A DNA stretch of 64,000 nucleotides from Gnetum montanum (Eukaryota; Plantae; Gnetophyta): positions 580,258 through 644,257 of the forward strand of contig MNCI01002568.1 of assembly GCA_015680685.1 (NCBI GenBank). The letters are read 5' to 3'. Under the pieces are notes generated by a model. That model saw only the letters and a list, made by a program, of their open reading frames with translations, was not told the DNA's origin and made no database searches. Each line of letters opens with the position of its first letter. The first letter of the stretch is position 1. Shown in pieces: positions 37,629-52,129 of this stretch. A program made the translations under genes and the position numbers.

Positions 37629-39704
37629 ATGGATAGCATTCCATTAGCATCCCCAAGCTATTTCCTTAGTGTGCAAGGAGTCCTTGTTGGTAACTTGGGC
37701 CTTTACAAACTCCTTGGAATCCTCGAGATCCTTTACCTCATTTTTTAGTTACTTGTTCTCCCTCCTTAGCACAATAACTTATTCCCATAGGAACTCATTG
37801 GAGCATCTACATTCCCATAAAGACTTTGTGCATGAGAGTGCACATGAACTGGCATCCTCGTGAGACATTTACCACATTAAGAGGTAGGATAGGTAATGCA
37901 TCAATATTTATAGTCTGGCTTGAATCCCAACTCAACGTAGACATTGTAAACAACAACAAACAAACACCAAAATTAGATGCCTAAAACTAGTTAACAACTA
38001 GAAAATGGAAGATAACAAATAACTACATAAACATGAAAAACCAACTAAAAAAACAAAGCATGTAAACAACAAAGGAAAAATGAGTTAGAACTCTCACCAA
38101 CTTCTACAGCTATTTGTTGCAACTAGTTAATCATGTCTTGAACTATGTCCCACATGAATTCAATCTTATTGGGGGTATCCACCCATGGTTGCATGTGAAA
38201 TATGGATGTGGAAGCATTAGCTTGAGGCTCCGAAGCTACAACAAGAATAATAAGGAATCAACAATTGATGACCATAGAAAAGAATAATAACAATGCATAA
38301 AACTAAAAATTATAAGTACATAAAAGGCCCTTTGGTGTGATGGTAGGAGGTTCATCTAGCTTTGAATCCTCAAACAAGGCACAAAGTTATCCATGAGAGG
38401 ATGGGATAGACCCTCATCTTCATGATGTTGTAATGCTTCTTCCTCTTGGCGCCTTCGTTTTGCATCAGCTACTACCACTGTTGCTACTACCTCCTTCAAA
38501 TGCCTCCATTCTACCTTAGTTTATACTACTACTATGGTGGCCTCTTGCTCCTGTTACTTACCTACAACAACAACAACTACAAAATGTAGAACAAGTTAAC
38601 ACATTTTGCTTACATTACCAAAACCATAACTTAAAATTAACTTGAAAATAAAAAATAGTAAAATAAATAGAACATACCTCTAAACCCTTCCCAACATCTT
38701 AGCCTATCCCCAGGATCATGGAATGTTGAAGAAAAAAAATTTCAAAGTCTTAGCGTTGTCCATCTTTATAGGGGTAAATACATAATATCCTTAAAACCTT
38801 AATTTCGTGTGACTTTATGAAAACATCCTTAAAAATTAACCACTTAATGAAATTTGAAGATTCCACATCCATTGGAATCATAAAACCATGAGCTATAATC
38901 ACAGAACAAGAAAACATAAAAGTGTCCACCATATTTTCAAAAAACAAATTACAAATTAACCTAACTATGGTAATCCTAACCAAAAACCCATTTCATGCAA
39001 GTCAACAAAAACACCTGTCGAAAACAAATTGTTCATCCAAATTTAATGATTCCATCACCATTGGATTCCTTGAATGATGAACTAAACACCCATAATATTA
39101 AATCTAAAAAACTCATAACTGTTTCTTATAGAAAAAATATCAAAATTATACTAGAAAATAGGCAAAAGCGAAGAACCCACTTGGCACATCCTAATGAAAA
39201 CATCCATGAAAAATTATTCGTAAGGCAAAATCAAGTTGTTCAAAAATCTAATCAATAAGAAAATAGTAGAAAATGACCCCATAGTCTTGAGAAATAAAAT
39301 TTTTCAACTATTTCCTTAAAGAAAAGATTCACAAGTGGCATTGCTTTTTTGGGTAGAAAAAGTAGAAAACCCATGGAATTCATTGGAAATGGCATTTATT
39401 CCACAAAAAAACAAAATCCAAAACCCAAATAACACCAAAAATAAATAAATATTTCCTAAATCTATAGTGGGATTTTTATGAAATTCCAAACTAATAAACA
39501 TATAAGCCTAGATCTAAGAAATAGAATAAACCCAATAAATAGAATAGATGGAATAAATGGGAAAAACATGTAAGGATATATACATGGGTAAAATAGTGGT
39601 AGAAATTATCTAATCTTGAGACAAGGAAGGCATAATAGGCCATGAGTAGCTACATCTACCTCCTCCAAGGTAAGGTTCTTCATAGGTGCTTTTCTTCTTG
39701 ACAT
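37629..39704 (-). pseudogene. Element A antisense accessory gene, 5' part (multi-exon)
   Basis: Candidate start MSRRKAPMK at 39704; exon FHMQPWVDTPNKIEFMWDIVQDMIN*LQQIAVEV ending at 38098 with a gtgag donor; exon ENK*LKNEVKDLEDSKEFVKAQVTNKD at 37629-37760. Confidence 0.72.
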
Positions 39705-40299
39705 ACTATAGAAGAATGATGTAGATAATATTGGAAAACCTTTGAATGCTAGTAGACCTAGGATGGCTACGTTGGCACTGATGACTAGAATAGCTATGAC
39801 TACACTAGGGTTGGTAGTAGTAGCAAGCACAGAGCTCACAACTTGGATGTAGTAGCTAGGAAGTGAGAAAGCAGTAATGATATTTACAAATTTGGAACAA
39901 GGAAAACAACTTAAGCCTAGGTACCTAGCTTGGAACCTTGGTTTCCATGCATAACTCCCACTACACTCAATGATAGAATTAGCAACATAGAATATGCTAG
40001 GTGTAGGAAAACTATTCCATTCCAAAATTTTTAATTTCATGTGGGCCCCACTAGGCACTGAGCAAATAAGCCAATCCCATGAGTCTACTAGGATTTTGGG
40101 TTTCCATGCTTGACTATACTGGGGCTTAAACCATGGGAACCTCAAGATAAGTGCTATATCCCATTTACCTCCAACGCCAAATCTCCAGTCATCCACCCAT
40201 GCTAGAAAACCTCATGACCAAGCTAGGAAAGTAAGTATTAACATCCATGACAAGTAAACTATAGAAGGCCTTAGGATTCATGTGAAAACTTGGTTTCCC

Positions 40300-41310
40300 A
40301 TGTGACTATGCTAGTTTGGAGCTAGACTACATTGGTCTAACATATTCAAATGGGATATATGATCTTTTTCCAATTCCAAGCAATCAATTCCCAATAAGCA
40401 TTGACTCTTGAAGCCCTATAACCAGAACCAATAGTTGGGAGTTAGGATTGGTAGTCATTAAGCACTGAAACAACTTTAAAATTTTTCACAAATTAGATTT
40501 TTGGTGTGACTAAGCTAGGAAGAAGCATGACTACACTAGCCTAGCATAGTCATGAATGGAATAAATCATTCCTAGCTCATCTAGCCTCTAGTTGACTCCA
40601 AACATTCATGCCATCTTCCCAAACCCTAGCTAGAGCCCAAAGAAACCTCAAAACTTGGTCAAATTCTCCAAATGCTATAAAAAAATGATTAAATCTCATG
40701 ACTATGCTAGAGGGAAGTTGTGACTATGCTAGCCCAGTGTAGTCATAGGGTTTATAGATGGGATTGCTCATATAAACCATGATAAGCCTATAAAACTTCA
40801 TTTCATAGACCTCACACCTTCCCAAGACCCCTAGTGACCTCAAATTGTTGATAAATTAACCAAAACCCTTCACAAACCCATCAAAATTTATTCTCCAAGT
40901 ATGACTACACTAGGAATTACAAGACTACACTAGGCCAGCTTAGTTACTAGTGGTGCCTACCATAGTCCATACAAAAAACCTTCAAGAAATCATTCCAAGC
41001 CCAAATCCACCTCCAAAGTTCTCTGAACCATGCTAGACTAAAAATAGAAGCAAAAATTCATCATTTTTGACATCAAAATGCATTTACCAAGGGTGACTAC
41101 ATTGGGCTAGTGTAGTCACTAGTGGTGACTAGCATAGTCCACTTACAAACCTCAAAACAAATCATTTTCCAGTCAAACCCACTTCTTGAGAAGTATCAAA
41201 ACCTTGTTGGACTTGAAAATAAGATAAGATAAAATCTACTATCTTTAATATTTTCCAATCACAACTATTCTAGGGATTACATGTCATCTATGGTGCCAAC
41301 ATAGTCCACC
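40300..41310. repeat. Dispersed ~27-bp palindromic repeats (continue at 50940-51950)
   Basis: e.g. atgactacactagcctagcatagtcat 40527-40553 and gtgactacattgggctagtgtagtcac 41093-41119. Confidence 0.85.
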
Positions 41311-41394
41311 TAAAATTGACTAAAATTGATAATAAATAACCCAAATTGACCTTGGGCAAGCCCTAGGATCATACCAAGGCCTATTTGAAATAAT

Positions 41395-44300
41395 TGATGA
41401 GCGGCAATGTACTCCTATGTCCAACCATATGAATCATAATCATTCACGTGTGATCTGGTCGAATTCCATAGACTATAATTACTAAGTACACTAGAGCTAA
41501 AAAATGTGTGCATGTTGTTTGTACATTGTCTTCCCAATCCCAATGGTTAAGTGTGACTAAGGCATAAGATTTTTATTATTTTATGTTTTTATGTAATTAC
41601 TCACCTAGAACAAGAATAAAAGTAAGAGTGATTAATTGCTAAGTAAACTATAGTCTAATCTAGCCTAACACAAGTAGTCGTTCCCACTTCTCAGACACAT
41701 CTTGAACTTCATGCGAACATTGCTGGGTTATCAAACACTAATCGTTTTTGAGCTACTAAGCGTTACATGTATGCTCAAAGGGGTTGTGCTTGTGTATTTT
41801 AATGGTTTTATTTATTGATCAAAATTAATTCCTACATAAATAAAATTAATGTAAATTCACAATATGTAAATGCAAAAGAAAGGAAGTCTTAAGTGCTGCA
41901 AGGAAATAATCAAAGAGTTCATCTTTATTACCAACACAATGGTGTGCTCAGGTACATCAATGCTTGAATAAATATTCATTCACACTTATATCTCCTGCTA
42001 TGGGCAATTGGAAAATATTCTAACTCTCAAATGAACAAATTGCAAGACTTTTTCTACTTGACTACCAAAAACTTACTCCCAATTATGCACCTAGGCACTG
42101 TATTTATAAACTCAGGAGTAACCCTGTGATATTAAATGTATGATATCGCATCTTGGGCTCTGATATTGCATATCTAGTATTGTGTACCTGATATCATGGC
42201 CATCCCAATATTAAGGTATTAAAAACATGATTTATCATACCCCCACGACTGAATGAAAACTCGTACCCAAGTACAAGAAGAGAAACAAGTCCTTTACAAA
42301 ATATATTAGGGGATGTGGACTTATTTGACTAACATATAGAGTGACACAAAGAAAACAAACAAATACAAAAGTGCCCAAGTATACAATATTACAATTGTGT
42401 ACAAAATTTGGTGTTCATAACAATAGGAAAGAACACCAATGGATTGAAATGACAATAGAAGAATGAGGAAGAGGTAGAAGAGATCCAACGACTATGAACA
42501 ATCTCCTGCGAGTGATATGGTTGCATCTTCCTTGGTGACGATAGTCTTGCTTCCAGTCCATGCTTCCCACTATAATCACAACAAAACTAAGGATTAGTAT
42601 ATATATAGTGCAATAGATAATGGATAAATACCTTATCTCATCGATGAGTTTATCTAGTTGAGTTGTCATTGTGATAGACTAGTTTCTTAATATTGTTAGT
42701 GGAAGACTAACAAATGGGTTAAGTAAGAGAAGTGATCCATAAATTCAAAAAAATCTTAATCACAAGGAATACTAGAAAGAGGGTATTTACAATAATAAAA
42801 AGGAGTTTGTTACAAATAGTTGTGAAGGTGTGTACAATTGGATGAAATGGATGGGATAAATAAAAAGAATTTGATTGTAACAATGTCTAAGGATAAAGAA
42901 CATAACTTTTAAAAATCAAAATATATGCAAGTGGGTCCTCACCAAAGCAGGAACATGCCTTTTATGCCCTTACATAACTTCAAACCAATGATTCTAAGGG
43001 TACCATCGATGATTAATGGTTACAAAAAGTTAAGTACAAAAATCCAAAAGTAACTTACTAAGAAACTCGACACATCAAACCAGAACATTGAATCAAAACA
43101 TGAAATTGGTAGTGAGGTGAGGCATGAAAAGCATAGATGGATGATAGAGAGAGTGAAATGGAGTTCCTAATTATGGTCACATATAGTCCATTGTGGAGTT
43201 TGTGATTAATTAACTTGGTAGGATCCTTAGTTCAGATCAAAACCAACCACTTTTAGTGACTTTGAATTGACATTCTAAGGCAAGTCCATCCCCTGAGACA
43301 CAAGAATGCTCCCAAAAAATGGCCACCATTCCAAATTTAAGTGAAGATAGGAAGTGAGAAAGGGCCTTAGTTAGAGGAGACAAGATAAGTCTCATAACCA
43401 GTACTTGTAGCCTTTTTATTTGATCTAATGGGTGTGCTTTGAATTTCCATGTTGTTTTTTTTTCTTGAATGGAAACCATACCATGCAAAGACCCATGCAT
43501 TCTTCCACATTTATTTTATCCAAGGGATGTGCTTTGAATCCTCATCTTTTTTTTTCTATGATGAGGACCACACCATGCAAGGAGTTATTTGACTTCCTAT
43601 TATGAAATGACATGGAATGCTAAGAAGCTTACGAGAACACTTCTACACATAGGAAAATAGAAAAGCACAAAGGATACTACATCCCTTTGAAGCCATATCC
43701 TATCCAAACCTTTTATTCCTTGCCAATTCTAGAAAATATAGAAGTCACCAATTTATTAAAGTTTCATCAATGAAGAAGAGACTACATGTTTCCAAAACAA
43801 GAAAAACATAGAGTATGTGGATGAGTGGATGATGTGGACTCACTAATTGTTACATCAAAAGAAACCATGTCCTAGTCATTAGTAATGACATTCAAAGTCA
43901 GAAATCAGACATCAATAATCAAATTACACATGAAGCATACCACCATCGAGTAGTGCATTATCATTGTACCTACCACCTTATTAGTAGAAAAAGTAGAGAA
44001 ACACATGAAACACAAGAAATCATAACCATAAAAGAAATTAAAAGACTAGACAATAGATATTGAATATATTAACAAAAGTGTAAAAAAAAACTAAGAGAAG
44101 ATCAATAGCCTTAAAAATAAAAATATGTAAAATAAAGAAGATGAAAACAAAAAGTTGTAAATTCAAAAATGTGTAAAACAAAAAAAGTAAAAATATTGAG
44201 AAGCCACCTAAGGTGTTTGTATGGGTGGCCATCTCCCCCATGACTAAGTTGGAAGGGAGAGATTTGAAAGATTAAGTGTGGTTGTCGATTTGGTGAGGTG

Positions 44301-47300
44301 ATTGTTGAGTTGCTTGGCTTGGGCTCATGGAAAGGTTTTATTTGTTGAATGTTGACTAACTATTTCCTATTTGGGCTGTCAAGTTTGTAGATGATCATGG
44401 CCCTAGATGAAAAATTCTCATATATGATGTAAGGTCCTTCCCACAATGTTTGAAATTTGTTTCATTGGGGTACATGTGTAGAATTCCAATAGAGAACCTT
44501 GTCTCCTAGTTGAAACTTGACTTTTCTTATTTTGAGGTCATGGCGTTTCTTGTTGAATGCCTTATGCATTTCATTAGATGACAAGGCCATTACTGATTTT
44601 CATCTAGCATGTTAAGGTTCATCAATTATTCTTTCTGTGCTAGAATTATATTTAGGTCAAGGTCACAGGTTGTAGATAGTGTATGAAGCTTGGATTGGAT
44701 GGGCAATGTTGGTAGTTTTCAGTACATAAGCTCATAGGAAGAATAACCTATGGGAATCTTTCATGTAGAGCGATGGGCCCAAAGATCATCATTTAATTTA
44801 GTGCTCCAGTCCCTTTGGTATTTTCTAATGGTACATGTTAATATTTTTGTAATCTCTCAATTAGTGACCTTAGCTTAACCATTGGCTTGGGGGTGATATG
44901 GAGTTGTGAGTTTATGCTCAACCCCCAAACATTGCATTAGTTTCCAAAAAGTGGCACTTGTAAAATGAGTTCCATTGTTAGAAATTAATGCATGAGGTAT
45001 ACCAAACTTGTTTAGGATGTTTTATTGTACAAACTGAGTAGTAGTTGTGGATGTATAGTCGATGACAGCTGCTGCTTTTGCCCACTTGGTACAACAGTCA
45101 ACTGTGACTATTATATACATCTTTCCATTTGATAAAGGTGTGATCGAACCCATAAATTCAATGCCCCAAATATTGACTGGCTCAAGAGGTTGTATCCATT
45201 GTTGAGGCTCATCCATTCAAGTTATCATTCCACCATCCCTTTGGCAATGATCACAAGCACAGACGAATTGATGTGCATCCCTAAAGAGTATTGGCCAATA
45301 ATACCCTACCATGAGGATTTTTATGGCCGTGTGTCTCTTAGCATAATGACCCCCACAAGGACCTTCATGAGCATCCTAAAGAATGCACAGTTGATCCATA
45401 TTAGGGACACACCAATGCACAAATCCATTAGGACAAACCTTGTAAAGGTTGTCATTAATCTCCATGAAATGTTTGACCTAGTGAAGAAAATATTATTTTT
45501 TTCTAGTATCTAGCCTTTGCTACAATTCTTGCTTGAGAAAATAAGTGAGGATGGTGTCATACCATTTTGGTTCATTGGGCATTTGTGCATTGATAGCACT
45601 TGAAAGGAGAGATTCATTAAGGAATTGATCAGATAAAGGGATCTCTTTCTCCTTGTCATCCCATCTTAGTCATGACATTCTCCACACCTTTACAATCTAC
45701 CATTGTGAGATCAAATTCCTACAAAATCATGAGCCACCATATGACACAGGGACTCACTATTGGTTTGCTCATTAGAAATTTGATGGCACTATGATCTGTG
45801 TGCACAAACACTTTGTAGCCAAGCACATAGTGATTGAACTTCTCTAAGGTGAACACCACTTTCATCAACTCCTTTTTTGTGGTGTTGTAGTTCAGTTNNN
45901 NNNNNNNNNNNNNNNNNNNNNNNNNNNNNNNNNNNNNNNNNNNNNNNNNNNNNNNNNNNNNNNNNNNNNNNNNNNNNNNNNNNNNNNNNNNNNNNNNNNN
46001 NNNNNNNNNNNNNNNNNNNNNNNNNNNNNNNNNNNNNNNNNNNNNTATTTTAGGTTGGCAGGTTATTCCTTGGATAACCCTTATGTTTTTGGGGTTCACC
46101 TCAATTCTTTCTTTTGAGATGCAATGCCCCAAGACTATGCCTTCATAGACCATAAGATGGCTCTTTTGCCAATTGAGCTAGAGGTTTGTTTCAACACATC
46201 TCTTCAACACTTGCTCAAGATAGTCCAGGGCTTGCTTGAACATAGCTCCATAGGTAGAAAAATCATCCATAAAAAATTCTACCTTGCTACTGATCTATTA
46301 TTGGAAAATTCTGAGAACTAATCATTAAAATGTGGCTAGGGCATTACATAGACCAAATGGCATCTGACGGTAAGCAAAAGTCCCCCAAGGACTCATGAAA
46401 GTTGTCTTTGCCTGGTCCTTTGGTGCAATCCAAATTTGGTTATAGCCATTATAACCATCCAGAAAGATGTAATAGCTATGCCCTAAAATGGTGTCTAGCA
46501 CTTAGTCAATAAAGGTAATGAAAAATGATCCTTGAAAGTTACCATGTTGAGTAGTCAAAAATCAATGCACACTCATAATTTACCTCCTTTCTATAGTCCA
46601 ATCATGAGTGGGTTGACCCACTCACTATCTATGATAGGATAGATGAATCCCACTTTGAGGATTTGTTCAATCTCCTCTTTGACAATCTGTTTTAACTTGG
46701 GATTCAAACACTGCTACGGTTGTTATTTCGACTTGACAGCGAGATCAGTGTATATCCTGTGCTAGCATATTCTTGGATCTATTCTAGTGAGTTTGGAAAA
46801 TGATTAGTCAATAGCTACTGACCATGTTTCCATAACTTTTATCAACCTTTTCTTTTGTTCAGTAGCAAGCTTAGCATTAATAATAACTAGCTTCCCATTT
46901 TTCAAAAATACGTACTTCATTCCAATCAATAGTGTCTTCAATTCAAGGGGCTCTTGTTTCAAATTGTCAAGAATTTCCAGCTCATCCCAATTGACATCAT
47001 CATTTTCTCCTTCAAAGAGCTAGTGATGAACTTTCTCAAGTTCATCCATACTTGCAATGCACTCATACATTAGGCCCTTAGTCAATTCCATGCATAATGT
47101 ACTACTGCTAGCATCAGCTATCAACCACTAGGTGTCCTTTTGTTGTGTGGCTGCTGCATATAGACATCTCTCGATATTAGCTTCTAGTGCACATTGCTTT
47201 CAAGCAAAGATAGATGTTTACTTTACTAACCATAGCTTCTGAATGCAATGGCACCCTAAATCGCTATATGCAATACATGGAACTTTCTTCTTCTCGATCT

Positions 47301-50300
47301 TTTCAAATTCATTTTCTTTTGACATCTCCAAGAAAAGATCTCTAATGCCCATTTTGGCATCAATAGTACTTAGTCATGCCCTCCCCATAATAATTGAAAA
47401 GTCCCCCTTGCAGTTCTCCACTTTGATTACTAGGAAATTAGCATAATATGACCACCCAAAAATGGTGATGATGATGTCCTGAACTAGTCCCAATGGAATA
47501 GTGATGGATTGGTCCACTAGTTCTAGCTAGATGTTGCTCTTCTTCAAGGGAGGAAGGTTCTGCATTATGTACATCTCATGCGAGATCAAATTAACACTAG
47601 AACCAAAGTCAAGAAGAGCTTTACAAGGCCAATTCCTAGCACTTTGCAAGTAAACTAGGGGACTTCTGGAATTAGCTAATTTTCTAGGCAAGCTACCAGC
47701 TTGAATCCAATCAAATATAGTATGTCAACATTATAGTATGGATTCAAGAAAGATTTTGGTTTGAGGGGAACTTGGATAGAGATGAAGTTGGAGGAGTAGG
47801 GTTACCAACCACTAATGTGTTCAAGGGATTTGGTAAACTACGAGGTCAAAAGAAGGGCCTTTTCTTTGTTCATGGTTCCAATCCACTGGATGGGTTAACT
47901 AATTGTAGGTTAACTACCCTTGTAGTGTTCGTTTGTTGTGGTTGTGTAGGCAATTCATCCTACATGGATGGAGCAAGTGGTAATTGTGCAGAAGGTGGAG
48001 GAGTAGGTGTAAGGAAGGAGGTACATGAGGGTAGTAGGTGGCATCCCTCCTTGGAAAGGATGATTAATATGTTTTAGGAGGGTAGTGGTTAGGTTAGTAA
48101 GTAGCAACATGACCAGAGCAGTTCCTTGGAGATGAAGGTTGCTAAACATAGTAACCGTAGGGATCTAGTTGTTGGTAAGGGTATTACTGTCTTAGAGGCA
48201 GTAATGTCCATGATTGTAGTTGCTGCCACTACTGGTACAATTCATAGGGCTGTGAAGGAGTTCCACTTTCATAGTACTATTATGGTTGGTGGAATTGTTA
48301 AGGATTGCCTTATGGATAAGGCAATCTTTTGGGTGTTTACCTTTGTATAGATCATGGATGTAAGGCATACACTGTAGATTCCTGTGTGTGATACAATTGG
48401 ACAACATCCCTTAGGATGTTCATACTGGTAGACATCAGACCTTCCATCATCATATGAATTTCTATCCATAGCCATTTCATCTTTACCCTTAGATATGGCA
48501 CATTCATCCTCCTTACATCTTCGATGCTCATGCTCACCACCTTGCTTCTTGAGCTCTTTAGTGATTTTTAAAACGGCTTGAAACCTATTGTCCATGGAGC
48601 CCCATAATTGATCAACCTTATCCATGATTTCTAGTTGCAATTTCTGGAATGGCAAGGTTTTTTGATTAACCACCTCATCTCTAGTGAATTGATGGTCACT
48701 ATCATAAAATTGAACCCCCTTTTTCTGAATAGAAGGGTCCCTATTGTATTCTTATGTACTTTCACGTTTTCTTAGTTCTTCCTCCTCCTTGGCCATCTAC
48801 TAAATTAATTTTTGAATCTGATGGATGCTTAACTCTATCAATCTCCCTTGGACATACACACTAAGGGTTTTCCTAGTTTTAGATTGCAATCCATCTATGA
48901 TATGATGAAGTTGATCAAGTTGAGAGTATCCATGGCTAGGACACCTATGCAATAGAGAGTTGTATCGGCCAATAGTAGCATCCAAGGGCTCATGATTCCC
49001 TTATTTCCATCCTTGAATTTGTTTCCTTAGATTGGATACTTGAGAGTACATTTGATATTTATCATTGAATAACTCCAACATTATACTCCACCACCTGATT
49101 TATTTTGGTTCCAAGGATTGATACCAATTTTTTTCTTCTTTTATGAGTGTCCTTGGAAATAATTTTAGCTTTTGCCATTTATTTTCAATATTCTACAAAG
49201 AACATGCATCCTGGAAAGCTTGAAGATGATTTTGTAGATCAACATCATATCCTCCCTCAAACCAAGGGATGTTGTTCATATCCAACCTCTTTATCCTATT
49301 ATCCTTTACATGCCTTGTTGGAATCCTCACAGCCTTTGCAATATTCAACATGCCCCAAGTAGTAAGTAGAGGTTCATCAAGCCCATGATGCTGGTGCCTA
49401 CAATGTTCCCTACTGGCCCTTCTTTCTTGATGATGGACCTCTCTAGATTACCCAAATCTTTGATCATGACTATCTTGATGGTCCCTTCTGTTGTTCTAGT
49501 CCTATCAGTCACCTCCATCATGGTTATTTCTTCTATGACTATGATCTAAACAAGATAAAGAAGAAGACAATGATGCTGAAGGGGAAGAAGAAGGGAAACT
49601 TGCTTCACATTGATGCCTATCACCCTTCCTTCGATGCTCGCAACCATGATCGTGATCATGATCTCCTTTGTCCCCATTTTCTTGACTTGTTTCTCTAGAT
49701 CCATTTTTGTCATTGGATCCATTTTGACCAAAACTTGGATTATGGATTGTGGATTCTAAATTCTGGTTGAGGGCTCCTTGAACAAAGTTAAAGAGTGGAG
49801 AATCACTAAATAAGTGGTCATCTTCATTAATTGGGCCAAGTGGAGGTGGAAAGATATTTGACCCCTTACACTTCACAAGCTCATGCTAGTGCTCTAGCTA
49901 CTGATCCCTTAATCTTTTCACTTCAATGGGATGATAATCCCTTGAGTTTAGATCTCGCATCTCATATTCTCTATGGAGATGTTGAATCTTGTATCATGCA
50001 AGCATTAGCTAGAGCATTGCTAGAATAGATCGATCAGGTGGCAACACAATGTTGCCTTTCATATCATGCCACCACATTAGTTCATCTTGATGTAAGATGA
50101 AGGTAAAGTCTAGTATATACTCATTGGGATGAGCATACACCACCCAGTAATTTTGAGGCACCTAAACTACCCTAGGTGGAGATAGGCTCCTATGAGAAGA
50201 AGAAATTTTGTGTTAATAAATATTATGTAATTGAGATTTAATTTAATGATAATAATTTTTGTTTTCATAGTATTTGACTCTTAGGGTTCAAAGAATGAGG

Positions 50301-50888
50301 TTACTAAGTTTCACTGGGTTTAGATAGCACATGAAGAACTAGAGTCCCTGACAATGGTACCAATGATGAGTGACAAGGTACCCCTAAGCCCAACCATATG
50401 AATCACACATATTCTTGTGCAATCTGGTCGAATTCCACAAACTATAATTACTAAGTACACTAGAGCTAAACAGTGTATGCGTGTTTTTTTTCTATTTTCT
50501 TCCCAATCCCACTTGTGGAATGCAATTGTATGATTACGTGTGACTGAGGCATAAGATTTTTATTATTTTGTGTTTTTATGGAATTACTCACCTAGAACAA
50601 GAATAAAAGTAAGAGTGATTAAAAGCAAGATTGATTAATTGCTAAGTAAACTATAGTCTAATCTAACCTAACACAAGTAGTCATTCCCACTTCTTGAACA
50701 CATCCTGAACTTCGTGTGAACATTGCTAGGCTATCAAATGCTAATCATTTCTGAGCTACCAAGTGTTACACGTATACTCGAAGGGGTCATGCTTGTGTAT
50801 TTTACAATATTACATCTTGGGCCACAATAATACATACCTAATATCATAGCCACGTCGATATTGAAGAATTTTAAAACTTGATTTATCA
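41395..50888 (-). mobile_element. Element D: Athila-like Ty3/gypsy retrotransposon
   Basis: LTRs 41395-42237 and 50364-50888 (TG..CA); TSD ataat/atcat; PBS reads tggtaccattgtcaggga on the minus strand (tRNA-Asp type, deaminated); PPT next to 42238. Gag ~48700-49300, PR KALLDFGSSVNLI ~47600, RT ~46050-46850, RH FTLEKFNHYVLG..HTDHSA, INT IWGIEFMG ~44340-45500. No aRH. Confidence 0.92.
45898..46045. other. Assembly gap (N run)
   Basis: Run of n. Confidence 1.
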
Positions 50889-52129
50889 ATCATAAACTCA
50901 ACATTTGCTATTTCTCAATCCTAACTATGTTGAAATTTGCATGACTACACTAGGCCAACATAGTCACTAGTAGAACCCAACATAGTCCACTTGGGAATTT
51001 CAAAACATGCTAGAAATGGCCAAAATTGACTCCCAAAAAGACCTAGAATCCTACCAGAGCATGCTAAGACCTTGAAACCTTGGGACATGAGCCAAAATTC
51101 ATCATTTTTCATCCCAAACGTCTTAGCTACACTAGGAATTGCATGCCCACACTGGGCCAATGTAGTCAAGAGGTATTTGACCATTCCAAAACCCAAGTAA
51201 TTGCCAAAACTGATAATTTTGATATTAAAACCCTAGATAGCAACACCAGTAACCCTGAGAGTCCATTAGCATGGTTGATTAGACAAGGAAACTCATCAAA
51301 ATTCAATTCCCATGCATTACTACATTGGAAAAGCCTATGACTATGCTAGCCTAGCATAGTTGTAGTGAAAACCTAGTTTGTGGCAAGAACTTATACCACT
51401 CTAGAATGGTCCAACACTGACTCATGAAGCCCAACAACCTATCCCATCTCATCTAGTTGCAATTTTACTTCATTTGGACAATGAAAACACCAAATTTTCC
51501 ATGACTATGCTGGCACCATGGATGACTATGTTGGCCCAACGTAGTCAAAAGGGAAATCCCATAAAACCCACTTCCATTACTCAAATAAGATCTCCAAGTA
51601 GTAAATTCAATCCTCCAATGTTCCTACACTAACCTAGGAAGCTAACAAAGCCCTAATACTAACCCAAAAGCCTCAAAATTTCACTTATTCCATGTGACTA
51701 CACTAGGACCTACTATGACTATGCTAGCCCACTGTAGTTACCAACAAAAACATCAGTTTTAGCTTCTAGAAGTTAGAAAATAAAGCCAAAACTTGCTAAT
51801 CCTTAATACCTACCCTCTACACTAGTTATCTAGATCGTCAGGAGCCTAAAAGTAACCATACAAAGCCTGAGAAACTGCTCATCAATGTTGACCATGTTGG
51901 GGAATGCATGACTACACTGGGCCAACATAGTCATTGGTAGAGTCTAGCATATTCACAAGAAAAAGTGTCAATTTTACATTAAAACAACCTCAGAATGACC
52001 CCTTCATGTGTAGAAACTCCCTTGGAAACTCTAAAGCCTCATACCATGGCCCACTAAGGCCTAAAACTAGCAAAATCTAATGCTATTTGATCAATATTTG
52101 TCAAGTTTTACCACATGTATTTCATTTTG

